A DNA stretch of 64,000 bases, taken from assembly GCA_041673165.1 (NCBI GenBank), contig JBAYYI010000003.1, positions 2,090-66,089 on the forward strand, in the 5' to 3' direction. The DNA is from Bacteroidales bacterium (GTDB lineage: Bacteria; Bacteroidota; Bacteroidia; Bacteroidales; P3). Shown one piece after another: positions 61,966-64,000 of this stretch (positions within the stretch are counted from its first letter, which is position 1; every line of letters starts with the position of its first letter). The position numbers and the translations under genes were made by a program. The notes beneath the pieces are model-generated. The model was given only the letters and a program-made list of their open reading frames with translations. It was not told where the DNA came from and did not search any database.

Positions 61966-64000
61966 TATGAAAGAAAATCATCCTATAAATTTATTAGAAG
62001 GAAATCCTATAACAAAAATAGAAGAAGATGTTTTTGGAAGAGGAGAGATTGTAAAAAACCTAACTGATTACATTCATTACAGAAAAGATTTATATAATCC
62101 AAAGTGTTTTACTATCGGCTTGTATGGTAAATGGGGAGAAGGGAAAACATCTATTTTGAATATGGTAGAGAGTGAATTATTAAGCAAGAAAGATAACATT
62201 GTTCTAGTTCGATATAATCCTTGGTTTCTAAAAGATCAAGAATCAGTACTACTTGATTTTTTTAATTCAATTTGTGCAGAAAGTTTTGATAAAAAAGTTA
62301 TCAATTTAATTAAAAAATATGGAAGTGTCATTTCATTAGGAACTAAAGGCATTCTAGGACTCTCTGGTGTACCATTAATAGGGGAATTTTTAGACTATAT
62401 AATTAAAGCAATAAAGGGAATTGACAACAACAAACCTATTTCAAAACAAAAAGATGAGGTAAATGAAGCTATTAAAAATTCAGGTAAACATTTAGTTGTT
62501 TTTGTAGATGATTTAGATAGATTAGATTGTGAAGAAATTCATGCTGTTCTAAAATTAATAAGACAAAATACAGACTTTGATAATACAACATATATTCTAT
62601 CTATGGATTATCATATAGTCACTCAGTCAATAAACTCATATTTCTCAGATAAGAAAGAAAACTCAGGGAAAAGCTTCCTAGACAAGATTATACAATTTCC
62701 ATTACATCTACCAACTATACAAAAAATGCATCTTAATAAATTTGCAGAGATTCATATTGATGAATTACTAAGTAGGATTTGGAAAAATCCAAAAGAAGAA
62801 ATCAATATAAAAGATCTAAAATATAATTTAGAAACTTATGTAAATCCATTATTTTTAACTCCGCGAGATATAATACAATATGTAAATATTCTCAATTATA
62901 TTGTTCCTACATTATATAAGGAAGTTGATTTATCTGACTTGTTTTTATTGGAAGCATTAAAGAAATTTAGTTATGATTCTTATGATAAAATAAGGAATCG
63001 TAGGCATATTTTTATATCTAATCCGTTTTTTACCGATTATTACTTAGCAGAGAAATACAAAAAAGATGAAGAAAAAGAAGACATCAGAAAAAAGAACATA
63101 GAATCAATTCATATAAATAATACTTATAATAAGGCTATATATATAAATAAGATTATTGATATATTATTAAATGACTATTTGAACATTGGCGGACTTAAGA
63201 ACCGCAAGAAATTATGTGACCCTAATTTCTTTGATAAGTATTTTCTTTATACTACACCAGATAATCAAATTCCAGAAAAAGAAATTAATACGCTAACAGA
63301 ACTTATAGGAACAGCTGAAATCAATGAAATTGTATTAAAACTTAATGAGTATAACGAGCAATATGGATTTGATGAAATTAGAAGAACTATTGATACAATT
63401 GTTAGATATAGAGATATAGAGAATTATGAGAAATTAATTTCAAATATAACAATTGCATTTAGTTTAATGGATAATGCAATAAAAGATAGAATTTATTTTT
63501 GCTCAATTGTTGATAGAAACATATTTGGAAATTTACTTGAAGAAGTAGATGATGCAGTGAAGCTTAATTATAGATTGATTTTCGAGATAGCTAATAGTAT
63601 AGTTGATAAAGCAGATATTAATTTTTCTATGGAACTTGCTTTGCAAATGGTTAATAATTACGCATATGTTTGTAAAAATGATTATGATGAATTGATTAGA
63701 AAAATTATTAATAAATACATCTCATTAAATGGCGAAATTAGTTTATTTAATATTGAGAGTCCAAGAACCAAAGTATTTATCTTAAAATATTGGAATTTCG
63801 CTATGCCAGAAAACTTTTTAGAAGCTAAAAAGAATGTTATTGAAGATGATAAATTAGATATAATAGGACTTATTAGCTCCTTTATGCAAGAAGAAAAACA
63901 AGACGGCTATTTAAAACTTATTGAGTTGTTTGATAAAGATAAGTTGAAAGAGAAATTAGACAAGAAAATCTCTTTGGTTCAGGAATATGACAAACAATAT
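61966..64000 (+). CDS. KAP-family P-loop NTPase, 5' part (ORF still open at the window end)
   Basis: Absent from the ORF track because no stop is reached. ATG at 61966. It reads MKENHPINLLEGNPITKIEEDVFGRGEIVKNL...CFTIGLYGKWGEGKTSILN (Walker A), NPWFL, a hydrophobic insert (GILGLSGVPLIGEFL), and HLVVFVDDLDRLDCEEIHAVLKLIR (Walker B, DDLDR). This is the KAP NTPase signature. Confidence 0.75.

Overview
AT-rich chromosomal segment that looks like Bacteroidota. The cues are many TAnnTTTG -7 promoter boxes 20-40 nt upstream of starts, no Shine-Dalgarno signals, a T9SS C-terminal sorting domain, a lipoprotein-type TamA homologue and an rnfBCDGE operon. I call 54 protein-coding loci (one a frameshift-split pseudogene) and one tRNA-Cys. 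Most are housekeeping or envelope functions: frr, pyrH, queA, purS, pssA, clpX, ahcY, ddl, folE, lpxD, waaA, an LpxL-type acyltransferase, an MsbA-like ABC exporter, PpiD-like chaperone, S41 and C69 peptidases, a TonB-dependent receptor and two orphan PAS histidine kinases. Accessory-looking parts are: (i) 10.0-14.9 kb, with a membrane-anchored MutS-domain-V ATPase, orphan secreted proteins, a frameshift-split gene, and a metallophosphoesterase sitting where rnfA is expected; (ii) a solitary Mrr-type restriction nuclease at 42.7 kb; (iii) 60.4-64.0 kb, with a 950-bp gene-free gap, an HU-like DNA-binding gene and a KAP-family P-loop NTPase that runs off the window. The most unusual signal is non-coding. 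At least seven intergenic gaps carry arrays of short words repeated at a strict 21-22 bp step (two helical turns). Different gaps use different words: TCAAAGA, GTAAnnnGCCACCTTAC, TCATGCCATGA, AAACCGCCGGTTTTTG and ATAAGCTCATTTTGAATCT. The arrays are often arranged as large dyads. They co-occur with a dispersed 31-nt core, CGCTGAAAGrATTTnnTGAATCAAAG, present in four near-identical intergenic copies. The extreme case is an imperfect palindrome of about 300 bp built from about 14 phased modules at 60920-61245, next to the HU-like gene. I cannot name a known element class for this. No CRISPR array, transposase, integrase or rRNA was seen. All product calls rest on motif recognition from the translated ORFs; no database search was possible.
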